From assembly GCA_022605425.2 (NCBI GenBank), contig JAKIMF020000013.1:496001-560000 (forward strand): 64,000 nt of DNA, read 5' to 3'. Below are positions 13,758-23,559 of this stretch, in pieces; position 1 is the stretch's first letter; every line of letters starts with the position of its first letter. Origin of the DNA: Hamiltosporidium tvaerminnensis FI-OER-3-3 (lineage: Eukaryota; Fungi; Microsporidia). Both the position numbers and the translations under genes were made by a program. Below the pieces are notes generated by a model, which saw nothing but the letters and a program-made list of their open reading frames with translations, was not told where the DNA came from and ran no database searches.

Positions 13758-14195
13758 TCACAAGTCCTTGGTTATTGGACTATTTTCGATATAAGCATTT
13801 AACTCTTCCAAATCAAGTTTTTCATTTCCCACATTTTCAAATCCGACAACAGAATCCACAAAATATCCATCTTTAAAGAAGGCAAGAGTAGGAAGCGCAA
13901 CAATTTGTAATCTTTTAGTTACAAAAGAAGCAAGAGACGCTTGTATACGATAGAACTGAATACATGGGAATTTCAAATAAACCAAATTTAATGCTTTATC
14001 CATCTGATCGCATCTTTTAAATTTAGGATCAAAAAAATGAACTATCATTGTTTCCTCTTTAGTTAAATTTATCAAGTCTTGTTCTGATTGAAGAGTTGGT
14101 ATTCTGTTCTTCTCAAGTTGCTGTAAACGTTGATTCTTATATTTTATAAATTCTATTTCGTCTGAATCTATTTCTTCGTTTTTATTGTTTATCAT
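13758..14195 (-). CDS. Phosducin-like / thioredoxin-fold protein (PLP1/TXNDC9 type)
   Basis: IVHFFDPKFKRCDQMDKAL, LQIVALPTLAFFKDG and VVGFE match the phosducin-like family; true start may be at 14238. Confidence 0.88.
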   Translation of the reverse strand: MINNKNEEIDSDEIEFIKYKNQRLQQLEKNRIPTLQSEQDLINLTKEETMIVHFFDPKFKRCDQMDKALNLVYLKFPCIQFYRIQASLASFVTKRLQIVALPTLAFFKDGYFVDSVVGFENVGNEKLDLEELNAYIENSPITKDL

Positions 14196-14245
14196 TACAA
14201 GAGTAACGGATATAAAATTATTAGAATAAAATTTTCATAGGGATG

Positions 14246-14452
14246 TTAATTTTTAAATGAAGTAGAATAAATAGAAAGGTGATGAGTAAAGGGGATAAGA
14301 TATTAAAGCTGGTTTATTAATTTTTAAATGAAGTAGAATAAATAGAAAGGTAATTAGTATAGGGGATAAGATAGTAAAGAGGGTTTTTTAATTTTTAAAT
14401 GAATTAGAATAAATAGGAAAGTAATGAGTATAGAGGATATGATATTAAAGTA
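14246..14452. repeat. 71-bp tandem repeat, 3 diverged copies, upstream of the phosducin-like gene
   Basis: AGTAGAATAAATAG-like anchor at 14261, 14332 and 14403. Confidence 0.9.
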
Positions 14453-14596
14453 TGTTAGTAAATAAATATGTATAACTAAGTGGGAGTATAAATTATCCAT
14501 TTAAAATGAAAAAAATTAGATAAATTCAACTCTTCTAAACAAAAAAACCTTACATATATGAAACGTAATATAAAAGTAATTTTTATGATTTCCTAA

Positions 14597-14670
14597 GCCT
14601 CACTAGCTCAGTCGGTTAGAGCATCCGGCTTTTAACCGGGGGGTCGAGGGTTCGAGCCCCTCGTGGGGTA
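14597..14670 (+). tRNA. tRNA-Lys (anticodon UUU)
   Basis: Acceptor GCCTCAC/GTGGGGT, D arm GCTC/GAGC, anticodon arm CCGG-CTTTTAA-CCGG, T arm GAGGG-TTCGAGC-CCCTC; T-run Pol III terminator follows. Confidence 0.97.
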
Positions 14671-15046
14671 TATTTTTGTAAATAAAATTATTTAAATCTA
14701 CCAATTTGCAGAGTATTCTTTTTTATGTGCTTTTGGTATGTTAGTGGAATTTTAAAATTGCTTTTAAAGAAATCGAAATCAGAAATGTTTTTTTTGTAAT
14801 TAAATCAATTATTATTTAATTTTAAAAATGTAGTGGTTAAAGAGGTAGAAGAAAACATATAAAAATGGTAAAAAATATTTTTATCCAGCATTTTAAATAA
14901 ATAATTTTTAAAATGTATAATTCTAATCTTTAAAGCATTTCTTATGAATTTTAATGGTTGAGTAAAATTTCATATCAAACTGTTTTTCTATGTTTCAGAT
15001 TTGAAACAATAAAAATGACAAAAAGAAATTCGAAATTGAAAGAATA

Positions 15047-16530
15047 ATGGATCAATCTTCAGTACTAAACGGAAAAATAAATATATTATATGAAAAACTA
15101 AACTGGTTAAAACATTTCTTTGAACATACATCTGTATATGTACAGAGAAGTGCTGATCTACTTTTTAGAGCCACACAGATACCTAGAGATTCTTCCTGGC
15201 ACGATTCTTATATATTAGATTTGGTAGAATCTACTGACCAAAAAAGGAAATTATGTGATGAGTTATATAAGATATTAGATATAACTATAATTAAAGATAT
15301 AAATAAGATTATTGAAGATGTTAAAGAATTGCAGACAAGTATGTATAAAGATAGTGAATGTATTAATAAAGTAATATCTGTGCATTTGGATTATGTCAAT
15401 GATAAGAAAAAGAACCATTTGAATGCTTGGTTGGATATGAAGTGTGATCCTTGGACAACTGAAAGAGAATTAAAAAGTGCTATTTCTAAATTTATTACAG
15501 AGAAAGAAAAAGTACAAATGGAGGTAAAATCCAAGGTGTGTAAGTATGCAGGTGTTTTTGAGAAGATAAATGAAGAATATAATGATTTGTTTTTGAACTT
15601 TTTCAAAATATTTATGAACCATCATGTTTCTGTTGGAGAGGTTTTTGAAAGATTCGTTTGTGTTAAACGAAAGAATTTCAGTGAAACTTTTTATGATTTT
15701 GAAGAGTCAGATACTTCTAAAAATTCTAGTGAAAGTGAAGAGTTGATGCACAAAGAATGTAGTAGGATGTTTGTCGTTCATAAAGAAGCATTGGAAGGTG
15801 ATTGTAATTTCGGAGCGAAAAACAATTTGTTATTTCCTTATCAGGAAAACGATAGATTAACTGAAAATATACGATTGGCTTTTGATGCAGTGATTGAAGA
15901 AGTAAGTAGTGAGGTTTATAAAACCAAACAAGAAAGAATATCAAAAGATATAAAGATACGAAAGTATGGTATATTTAGGTATAAGAAAGGATATGGAAAT
16001 GAATGGAAAGTTGCGAATGTAATTTTAACTGAAAACGATTTTTTACACGCAGCAGATTTTGAAACGATTCTGGATTTAAATCAAACTTTGAAAGATAAAT
16101 ATGCAAATTTTATAAAAATTTTATTAATGTTGATAGTAGGGATTTTTTGGGATCGAATGAGCAAAATGAAACAGTCTGTGAAAAAATATGCCAGGATATC
16201 TTGAAATCTGATTGTTTTGAAAAAGCTTCTTTGAAAGGATTTCCGTTGAATATAAAAATGATGAATTTTAGAATCAACAAACAAAAGTACGAAATATATC
16301 TCGAATTTAAGAAATTATCTTCTTTTGCTGATCTGTTTATTTCCAGAAATATCAAACTACGCCCTTTTATACTAAAAGATGCATACGATCTATATTTTGG
16401 ACTTTCAAATTCTCTCGTAAAAACAGTTAAAAATGAAGAAATCAAAGAAGAAAGAAACAATGGAAATGAATTGGCAGATGTTGCTTTGAAACTAGAAGAA
16501 TATACAGAAGAAAACCCATGGATCGATTAA
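15047..16530 (+). CDS. BAR-like helical + PH-domain protein (SLM1-like), split by one frameshift near 16105
   Basis: Helical N-terminal half, then PH-like KYGIFRYKKGYGNEWKVANVILTENDFLH; second frame open from 16099 to 16530, ending EENPWID. Confidence 0.6.
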
Positions 16531-17309
16531 AGTTAATTTATTTTTTTAATGATATATTATTGATTCTATTTGTTTTAATTTCTTATGTTTTTCTAAAAAT
16601 TGTATATCATTACACTTTGAATATACTTTCCTCATTTTTCTTTTATTTTCACTAATCTAAATTTCCAACAATTTTCATAAATAATTATAACGAACATTTT
16701 AATTTAATCAATAATTCTCTCTTTTCTACGAAACATTCGATTTTTCGATATTTTTTTTTGATTTTTTTATTAATAAAATTTAAGATAATCGAGTAAATTA
16801 AATATTGTCATACACTGAATCAAAAGCCATTTATTACTATGATAGTATATGATTCAATAAAATATACAATATAGTATTGTATAGTTTCAATGATTATTTC
16901 TTTAAATCTAGCTTTGATTTATACCATAGATAAAAAGATAGCAGAATTTCATATAAATTTACGACTTTAAACACATACAACTATTTTTATTGTGTTACGG
17001 AAGTAATACTTTTGATTTATATTGTATCATTATTCAATGATTTAAGCAGAATATATCATAAGATAAACTCTAAAATTCCTTAAAATCTTAATATATTTAA
17101 ATACACATCTTATAAGTTTAATATCTTATTACAATTATACAGACTCTTAATTCATATATTTATTTGATTCGAATTTTAAATTATTTATATAAATTTTTAT
17201 ATTCAACCAATCATATTCAAACCACGTAAATATATTTATTTATCATGAATTAGATAGTTTATACAAATTATTGTACAATTTAAATATATTTTGTACAAAT
17301 TTTTAATTA

Positions 17310-18037
17310 GGTGGAGGGAGGATAACCACATAAAAAACTTTCTGCTTGGCAATGAGTGTATGAAACTGATGTGAGGTCATTTTTTGGATTTTTGGTGGGA
17401 TTACAACCACACTACATCTTCGGTTGTTTCATGAGAGTTGTTATGAGGAGAAGAGGTCTAAGAAATGGAGAAACTTTTTCTACAAATTTATTTGTAGTTT
17501 TTTATGTAACCAGATTGCAGACCGCAGCTGAACATGTAGGTAATTGCCATGTAAAAGCATGGAAACCTAGCCTTGCTCACTCGGGTTAGATGACTTAGCG
17601 CCTGGGAGATAAAACAAAAAACTATTAAAAGCCGGGATAGCTAAGTAGCAGGTTATACCTGTTGGTATGACATTGCACTGTCTAGGTGAACCCCATGTAA
17701 ATCTCTGAAATATATCTTAGCTAGAAGTTTATTGGGTTCAGAAAGTGTAGAGTAAGTGGGAATGCTGCATAGTCTTGGGGGAGCCCAGGGGGGCTTCGGC
17801 CTTCGATCACACTCCATGCAACAGACATTAGAAATCCGGGCAACTGCCTCGCCTATTAATTAGGTTCTACACACCTGGTAGATGAAAGGCTTTGGGACGT
17901 AGGTATCGCAGGGGTTACTGATGGAGTTTTGGGGTAGCAGTTATTTATGTTAAACCTAGAACTGCGTTAATGTCATGAAAACAAATATAACACTTGCCAC
18001 TATTTTAAAAAAGATGTGATATTTTTAAATAAAAAAA
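17310..18037 (+). mobile_element. Structured non-coding mobile element, type-1 copy A (young; 20-bp TSD)
   Basis: Near-identical to 36121-36850; flanked by TTTTGTACAAATTTTTAATT at 17289-17308 and 18040-18059; ends AATAAAAAAA; GC-rich relative to flanks; many nested helices. Confidence 0.9.
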
Positions 18038-18150
18038 TCTTTTGTACAAATTTTTAATTTATCAAATATAAATTAAAGAAAAAAAAGATGAAACAAACTT
18101 GAAACAAGTTTCAAAAACAAAGAATAAAAAAACAAAAACCTTTGTTTACA

Positions 18151-18999
18151 ATGATGCTTAGACGTAGAAACATAGGTTTTTCAATAATGGTGGCTGGTCC
18201 TAAAGGAATAGGAAAATCTTCTTTTATAAATACACTATTTAATAGAGAAATAGTACAGGTAAAGAAAAAATCAAATGAAAATTTGGATTTGAATTTGTAT
18301 ATTCTTGAGATTGATTGTGAAGGTGTAAGAAAGAAGGTTACTGTTGTTGATACACCTGGTTTTGGAACAACACTGGATGATTCAGGCACGCAAGAAAATA
18401 TATTGAGTTATATTAGAACTCAGTTTAATATGTTTCTTGCTGAAGAAACCAAAGTCAAAAGAAACAGAGATTTTGAAGACACACGAGTGCATGCACTTCT
18501 ATACTTTATAAAAGCTAGTCCACACGGTTTAAAAAAGACAGAATTGGCATTTCTTAAAAAGGTAAATGGATTGGTAAATATAATACCTGTAATCGGAAAG
18601 GCAGATGGGATGGCAGTAGATGAGATGGAAAGTATTAGAAGTAGAATACTTGATCAACTTAAAACATGTAATATTGAAATATTTGATATTCTAAAAGATG
18701 AACTGATAAATCAGTCATTAAATTGGGTAAATCTTATTTCAAAATTTCCATTTTCAGTAATTTGTGACGACAAAATTGATGGAGAAGAAAATACAGTAAG
18801 AGGTAGAAAATATCGATGGGGTAATGTTGAGACAGATAATCAGGAACATTGTGAGTTTAGTCTTTTAAAAGAAATACTTATGAGTAGCCATATGGATGCT
18901 TTGATTGAAACTACTGTTAATGATTTGTATGAAAGGTACAGAACAAAAGTCTTAAGTGAAATTTTACCAAAAGCTGACTTAAATAACAAAGTAATATGA
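18151..18999 (+). CDS. Septin (GTPase domain only, no C-terminal coiled coil)
   Basis: G1 GPKGIGKSSFINTLF, G3 VVDTPGFG, DTRVHALLYFI, G4 IIPVIGKAD, RGRKYRWG. Confidence 0.96.
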   Translation: MMLRRRNIGFSIMVAGPKGIGKSSFINTLFNREIVQVKKKSNENLDLNLYILEIDCEGVRKKVTVVDTPGFGTTLDDSGTQENILSYIRTQFNMFLAEETKVKRNRDFEDTRVHALLYFIKASPHGLKKTELAFLKKVNGLVNIIPVIGKADGMAVDEMESIRSRILDQLKTCNIEIFDILKDELINQSLNWVNLISKFPFSVICDDKIDGEENTVRGRKYRWGNVETDNQEHCEFSLLKEILMSSHMDALIETTVNDLYERYRTKVLSEILPKADLNNKVI

Positions 19000-19282
19000 A
19001 AGGAAATAAAAAAAAGATGGATTTTATTTTTCTTATATTTTATATTGTTTTTTTTTATTTGTATTATTTTGCTATTCTTAAATTTTAAGAATGTTTTTTA
19101 TTATTTGTATTATTTTGCTATTCTTAAATTTTAAGTATGTTTTTTTTTTAAATTTTAAGTATGTTTTTTATTTTTAAATTTTACCACTCAATTTTATTTT
19201 AAAGTCCGTCTCCCTCTTCTCTTCATTTTTTTAAGTTTTTCTTAATTTTTAAATCAAAAAAAAACAAAAATCCCTTAAAAAA

Positions 19283-20521
19283 ATGGATGAACTTTTAAAT
19301 CAAGAAAGAGAAGCTCGCTCTCAAAATGACCAAGAAAGGATGATAATAGTATATAAAAAAATAATGGAAAACTGTAAATCGGACATAGAAAGAATACAAA
19401 TATGTAAACTTCTAGGAAAAAGAAAAGGTTTAATAAAACCTGCATTTAAAAATCTAATTTCTTATTTGATAGAAATATTTACCAATCAAACTTCTTCTAA
19501 AGAAATATTAATCGATCTTTTAGAAAAATTTCTTTCTGAAGTAATAAATGGAAAAATATTTTTAGAAGAGGAAAGAATTTGTGTGACAAATTTACTTAAA
19601 AAAACATATGAAAGTAAAAAAGCGTATTTGTCTGCTTTAAATTCCATTTTAATTCCTATCGAAACTTTTTCTACAGTTCAAGAAAAAAGTATAATTGAGT
19701 ATCAACTTGAACAACTTAGACTTTCTAATTTTGTACAGGACTGGATCAAAGGAGACATTATTATCAAAAAAATACGTATGAGATATTTTAAAGAAACAAA
19801 TGATTTGGAATTGGAACGACTTTTTTATCAGCGAGCCAATGATTTTTATATTGGACAAGAAAAATTTCTAGAAGTTTCTGAAAAATTCAGACTTTTAAAA
19901 AATTTTAAAAATGAATTAGGAACAGTAAATTTTAAAATAAATTTTGATAAAGAAAATTATGAAAATGACGAATCTAGAAAGTACAAAATGGAAAATGTAA
20001 TTCTAAGTTCTTTTTTCTGTATAATAGCACTTTATGAAAATGAAAGAGAAAATTTTTATAAAAGAAGAGAAATTCTTTTAAAAAGTAATTTAGAAGACGA
20101 TTACAATTTAATAGAAATTAAAGAAATATTAAAAATATTTTTATCTTCTGATATAATTACGTATGAAAATTTAAAAAATATTTTTAAAATATTTCCATTT
20201 GCAAATATTTACAATGAAAAAATTATAAATTCTATAAATGAACACAATTTTTTTGTAGTTCAAAAATATTTTAAAACAATTTCTTTAAATCAACTATCTT
20301 CTATAATTAATATGAGTGTAGAAGAATGTGTTTCTAAGATATGTTTTATGGTTAATAATAATCTTATTGATTGTAAAATAGATCAAAGGAAAGAAATGGT
20401 ACAGTTTAAGATTCCTAAAGTTGAATGGAAAGAAAGTGTTGGTTGTGTTTTGAATAGATTGGTTAAAGCGAATTATTTGATTCATAATGAAATTATTGAG
20501 AATGAAGAAGAATCTCAATAA
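19283..20521 (+). CDS. RPN5: 26S proteasome lid subunit Rpn5/PSMD12 (PCI domain)
   Basis: GKIFLEEER, IETFS, LEQLRL and EHN..VVQKYFKTI...CKIDQ motifs; CCC upstream. Confidence 0.88.
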   Translation: MDELLNQEREARSQNDQERMIIVYKKIMENCKSDIERIQICKLLGKRKGLIKPAFKNLISYLIEIFTNQTSSKEILIDLLEKFLSEVINGKIFLEEERICVTNLLKKTYESKKAYLSALNSILIPIETFSTVQEKSIIEYQLEQLRLSNFVQDWIKGDIIIKKIRMRYFKETNDLELERLFYQRANDFYIGQEKFLEVSEKFRLLKNFKNELGTVNFKINFDKENYENDESRKYKMENVILSSFFCIIALYENERENFYKRREILLKSNLEDDYNLIEIKEILKIFLSSDIITYENLKNIFKIFPFANIYNEKIINSINEHNFFVVQKYFKTISLNQLSSIINMSVEECVSKICFMVNNNLIDCKIDQRKEMVQFKIPKVEWKESVGCVLNRLVKANYLIHNEIIENEEESQ

Positions 20522-20689
20522 AATGAATTCTTTTAAGATTTTATTTTTTCTTATTTATATTTAATAATCATTTCTATTATTTAGTTTCTAAAATAACTTA
20601 AATTCTTATTTTTTTTTCTAAATTTTTTAATTTATTTAATATTAGTATTTTTAAGAATAAATTCATAAAAAACTTTTGATTAAAAATTA

Positions 20690-21470
20690 GTGGAGAGAAA
20701 AAGAACCACGTTACTATCCATCTGCTTAGGTATGAGTATGTGAAATTGATGTAATAAATCATTGTTTGTATTTTTTTGTGGTATGAAAATGACACTCTAT
20801 TTTCGGTTTTTTAGATAGTAATTGGATTAGAAAGTGGAAAGTCTAAGATTCTATAAACATTTATCTGACATTCCATTTTCGGTTTTTTAGATAGGAATTG
20901 GATTCGAAAGTAAAAAGTCTAAGATTCTATAAACATTTATCTGACATTCTATAATAATTTTTTATGTAAATAGATTAGAAACTAAGATTTAGCTTGTAGT
21001 AATTAATTATGAAAGTATTTCACGTAACTTTGCTCATTCTGGTTGAGGACTGACGACTAAATGATTTTAAAAAAACATATTCTTTATAAAAAAGAGAATA
21101 CTAAGTAGCAGGTTATAACTGTTGGTATGGCATTGCAAACTCTAAGTGAACTCCAAATAGGCCGATGAGTTGAAATTTAGCCAGAATTATATTAGGTTCG
21201 GAAAGTGTAGCGTAAAAGAAAATATTTCTGGTTTTATATGATTCTAATATGATTTTTGACCAACAATCACACTTTATGCCTCGAAAAATGAGAAATTTCC
21301 TCGCCTGTTAATTGGTTTTTAAAGATCTTTTAGATGGAAGGAAAGGATGTATAGGTATCATAGAGCCTATCGATGAAATGTTGAGAAAGATGTTATTTAT
21401 GTTAAACCTAGAACTGCATTAATGTCATGAAAGTGATCTAAAGCATGCCACTTTATTAAAAGATGGAATA
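20690..21470 (+). mobile_element. Type-1 element, diverged copy C (contains an internal 76-bp tandem duplication)
   Basis: GTGGAGAGAAAAGAACCAC head; CTAAGTAGCAGGTTATAACTGTTGGTATGGCATTGC at 21101; GTTATTTATGTTAAACCTAGAACTGCATTAATGTCATGAAA at 21392; collinear with copy A. Confidence 0.88.
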
Positions 21471-21523
21471 TTTTTCATTTAAATGTTAAAATGGATTTCG
21501 ATTTTTAACGTCGATTTTTCTAA

Positions 21524-21720
21524 AAATAATTCTCTTTAAAATATTTTCACCCCGAATGGAATTTAAAGAAGAAAATTACAGTTTTTCTAATAAATAATTC
21601 TCTTTAAAATATTTTCACCCCGAATGGAATTTAAAGAAGAAAATTACAGTTTTTCTAATAAATAATTCTCTTTAAAATATTTTCACCCCGAATGGAATTT
21701 AAAGAAGAAAATTACAGTTT
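21524..21720 (+). repeat. 68-bp tandem triplication of the UTP15 promoter and start codon
   Basis: CACCCCGAATGGAATTTAAAGAAG repeated, with ATGs at 21556, 21624 and 21692. Confidence 0.95.
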
Positions 21721-23050
21721 AGAAATTGAAGATAAAAATCCTTTCATAAAAATAATAGAAACAGATAATTCTATAACATCTGTTGGTGTAAATTCAAACG
21801 GAATTTTTTTTAATGAAAAAAATGTGGTAAAAAAATATAAAAAAGAAAAAATGAAGACTTTTACAAAGCACATGTCAAATATAACAGATATATGTATTTA
21901 TGGTGACAATGTGTATTCTGGAGATATATGTGGTGGTATAAAACTTATATCAGATAAAAGACAAGTATTACGACAGTATGATGAACATGAAGGTAGAATA
22001 AATCAAATTATTATTTTAGATTCTACTTTGGTTGGTTCTTGTAGTGATGATTTATCTGTAAAAATATATGAATTGAGTCAATCTGAATCCATTAAAACGT
22101 TAACAGATCATACGGATTATATAAAAAGTATTTCTGTAAATTCTAATATTTTGGGAACTTCATCGTACGATAAAAATATTTTCTTTTATGATAAAAATTC
22201 TTTTGAAAAAATAAATTTCTTAAAAACCGAAAATCAAATTTTTAAAATAAACTTTGTTGAAGAAAATTTGATTTTGGTTGGTGAGGGGTGTTTTTTAAGT
22301 ATTTATGATTTAAGAAATAATAAATGTGTTAAGAGTGTACAAGTACATGATAAAGAAGTAAGTGATGTTATGGTATATGAAGGTAGAATATATTCTACAG
22401 GATTGGATTCTTCATTCAAGGTGTTTGATATGAATTTAGAAATGTTAGATGAATTGTCTTTTGAATCTTCTGTTTTAAAATTTACAATCTTTAATGATAT
22501 TCCGTATTTAGGAATGGAAAATGGAGAAATAAAAAGTTTAAAAGTTGAAAGAAAAATAGAAAAAAATAAAAATTTAAAAAAATATAACAAAATACGGTAT
22601 TTTACACAATTCAAGGTAGAAGTAGATGGAATAGAAAATAAATTTACAAAAAGTAATGAGATAAAAAGTATGGTAAAGAAACATGAATATAAGAAATGTT
22701 TTGATTATATTTTTGAAAAAAATGAATTAAATTTGATATTTGGGTATTTAAAATATTTGGAGGAAAATAATTTATTGAAAAAAATTATTTTAAATCGAAC
22801 AGAAAATGAATTGATAAGAATATTTGATTTCATGATAAAGTATTTTTATAGAAAAGAATTTTTCGTAATTTTTATAAAGATTCTAAAAATAATCATAAAA
22901 GTTTATAAAAGTATTATTTTTGAATCTATGAATTTATCGGAAAAGATTTTATGTTTAAAAGAATTACAAGAAGAAAATGATGAATGCTCTTTGGTTTATA
23001 CAAATATTTTTAAGAAAATTGACTGTTTGTTGAGTAAAAGTTCTATTTAA
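21692..23050 (+). CDS. UTP15: WD40 protein, likely U3 snoRNP component Utp15
   Basis: WD repeats (LRQYDEHEGRI..SCSDDLSVKIY; DHTDYIKS..SSYD) followed by a helical C-terminal domain resembling UTP15_C. Confidence 0.72.
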   Translation: MEFKEENYSLEIEDKNPFIKIIETDNSITSVGVNSNGIFFNEKNVVKKYKKEKMKTFTKHMSNITDICIYGDNVYSGDICGGIKLISDKRQVLRQYDEHEGRINQIIILDSTLVGSCSDDLSVKIYELSQSESIKTLTDHTDYIKSISVNSNILGTSSYDKNIFFYDKNSFEKINFLKTENQIFKINFVEENLILVGEGCFLSIYDLRNNKCVKSVQVHDKEVSDVMVYEGRIYSTGLDSSFKVFDMNLEMLDELSFESSVLKFTIFNDIPYLGMENGEIKSLKVERKIEKNKNLKKYNKIRYFTQFKVEVDGIENKFTKSNEIKSMVKKHEYKKCFDYIFEKNELNLIFGYLKYLEENNLLKKIILNRTENELIRIFDFMIKYFYRKEFFVIFIKILKIIIKVYKSIIFESMNLSEKILCLKELQEENDECSLVYTNIFKKIDCLLSKSSI

Positions 23051-23176
23051 AATATTAAAATAATATATCCTATGATTTTCGTTTAAAATATTAAAATTGA
23101 CTGATGGTTGAGTAAAAGTTCTATTTAAAATATTAAAATAATATATTCTATGTTTTTCTTTTAAAATATTGAAATT
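23015..23176. repeat. 78-bp tandem duplication spanning the UTP15 stop codon
   Basis: GACTG..GTTGAGTAAAAGTTCTATTTAAAAT at 23021 and 23099. Confidence 0.9.
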
Positions 23177-23559
23177 TTCTGTTTTCTTTGAATATGTGCA
23201 AGTAAAATAACTGTAAATTAGGTTGGAATTTGATGAAGACCAGAGAGAAAATGAAAATTTTTTAGGATTCAAAGTATTTTATTTTTTTTACCCCTTGCTT
23301 GTCAATTTACAATGAAAAATTTAAAATTACAAAATATTTACGACCTTAATAAATATTTAAATTTCGAATTGATTTTCTCACTCAAAAGTAACTAAATTTT
23401 CTATTTATATGATACTTATTAGGATTAGAGAACTATTTATCAAAATCTCCCAAAATGCAAATAAGAAACGATAGTGACTTAAAGGAGCATTTGTATTAGA
23501 ACAACCCAATTTGGTTAAATTATGTTTGGTTTGAAATAGAACTCTAAACAGCTTCATTC

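Noticed and set aside
17356-17589. Short ORFs inside the element (also 36182-36373, 33500-33685, 62413-62688)
   Set aside because: Different starts and stops between copies, non-ATG starts in A and B, and substitutions that do not preserve the protein; not a conserved CDS.
17830-17930. Hammerhead or HDV-like ribozyme (CTGATGG, GGGCAAC, CCTCGC, TGGGAC words)
   Set aside because: No complete CUGANGA..GAAA core, and the HDV-like words are in the wrong order; I could not build either fold by eye.
17935-17992. Group II intron domain V/VI resemblance (AGC followed by a bulged stem)
   Set aside because: AGC is not conserved in copies C, F and H, there is no GUGYG 5' end, and a TSD plus A-tail does not fit intron retrohoming.
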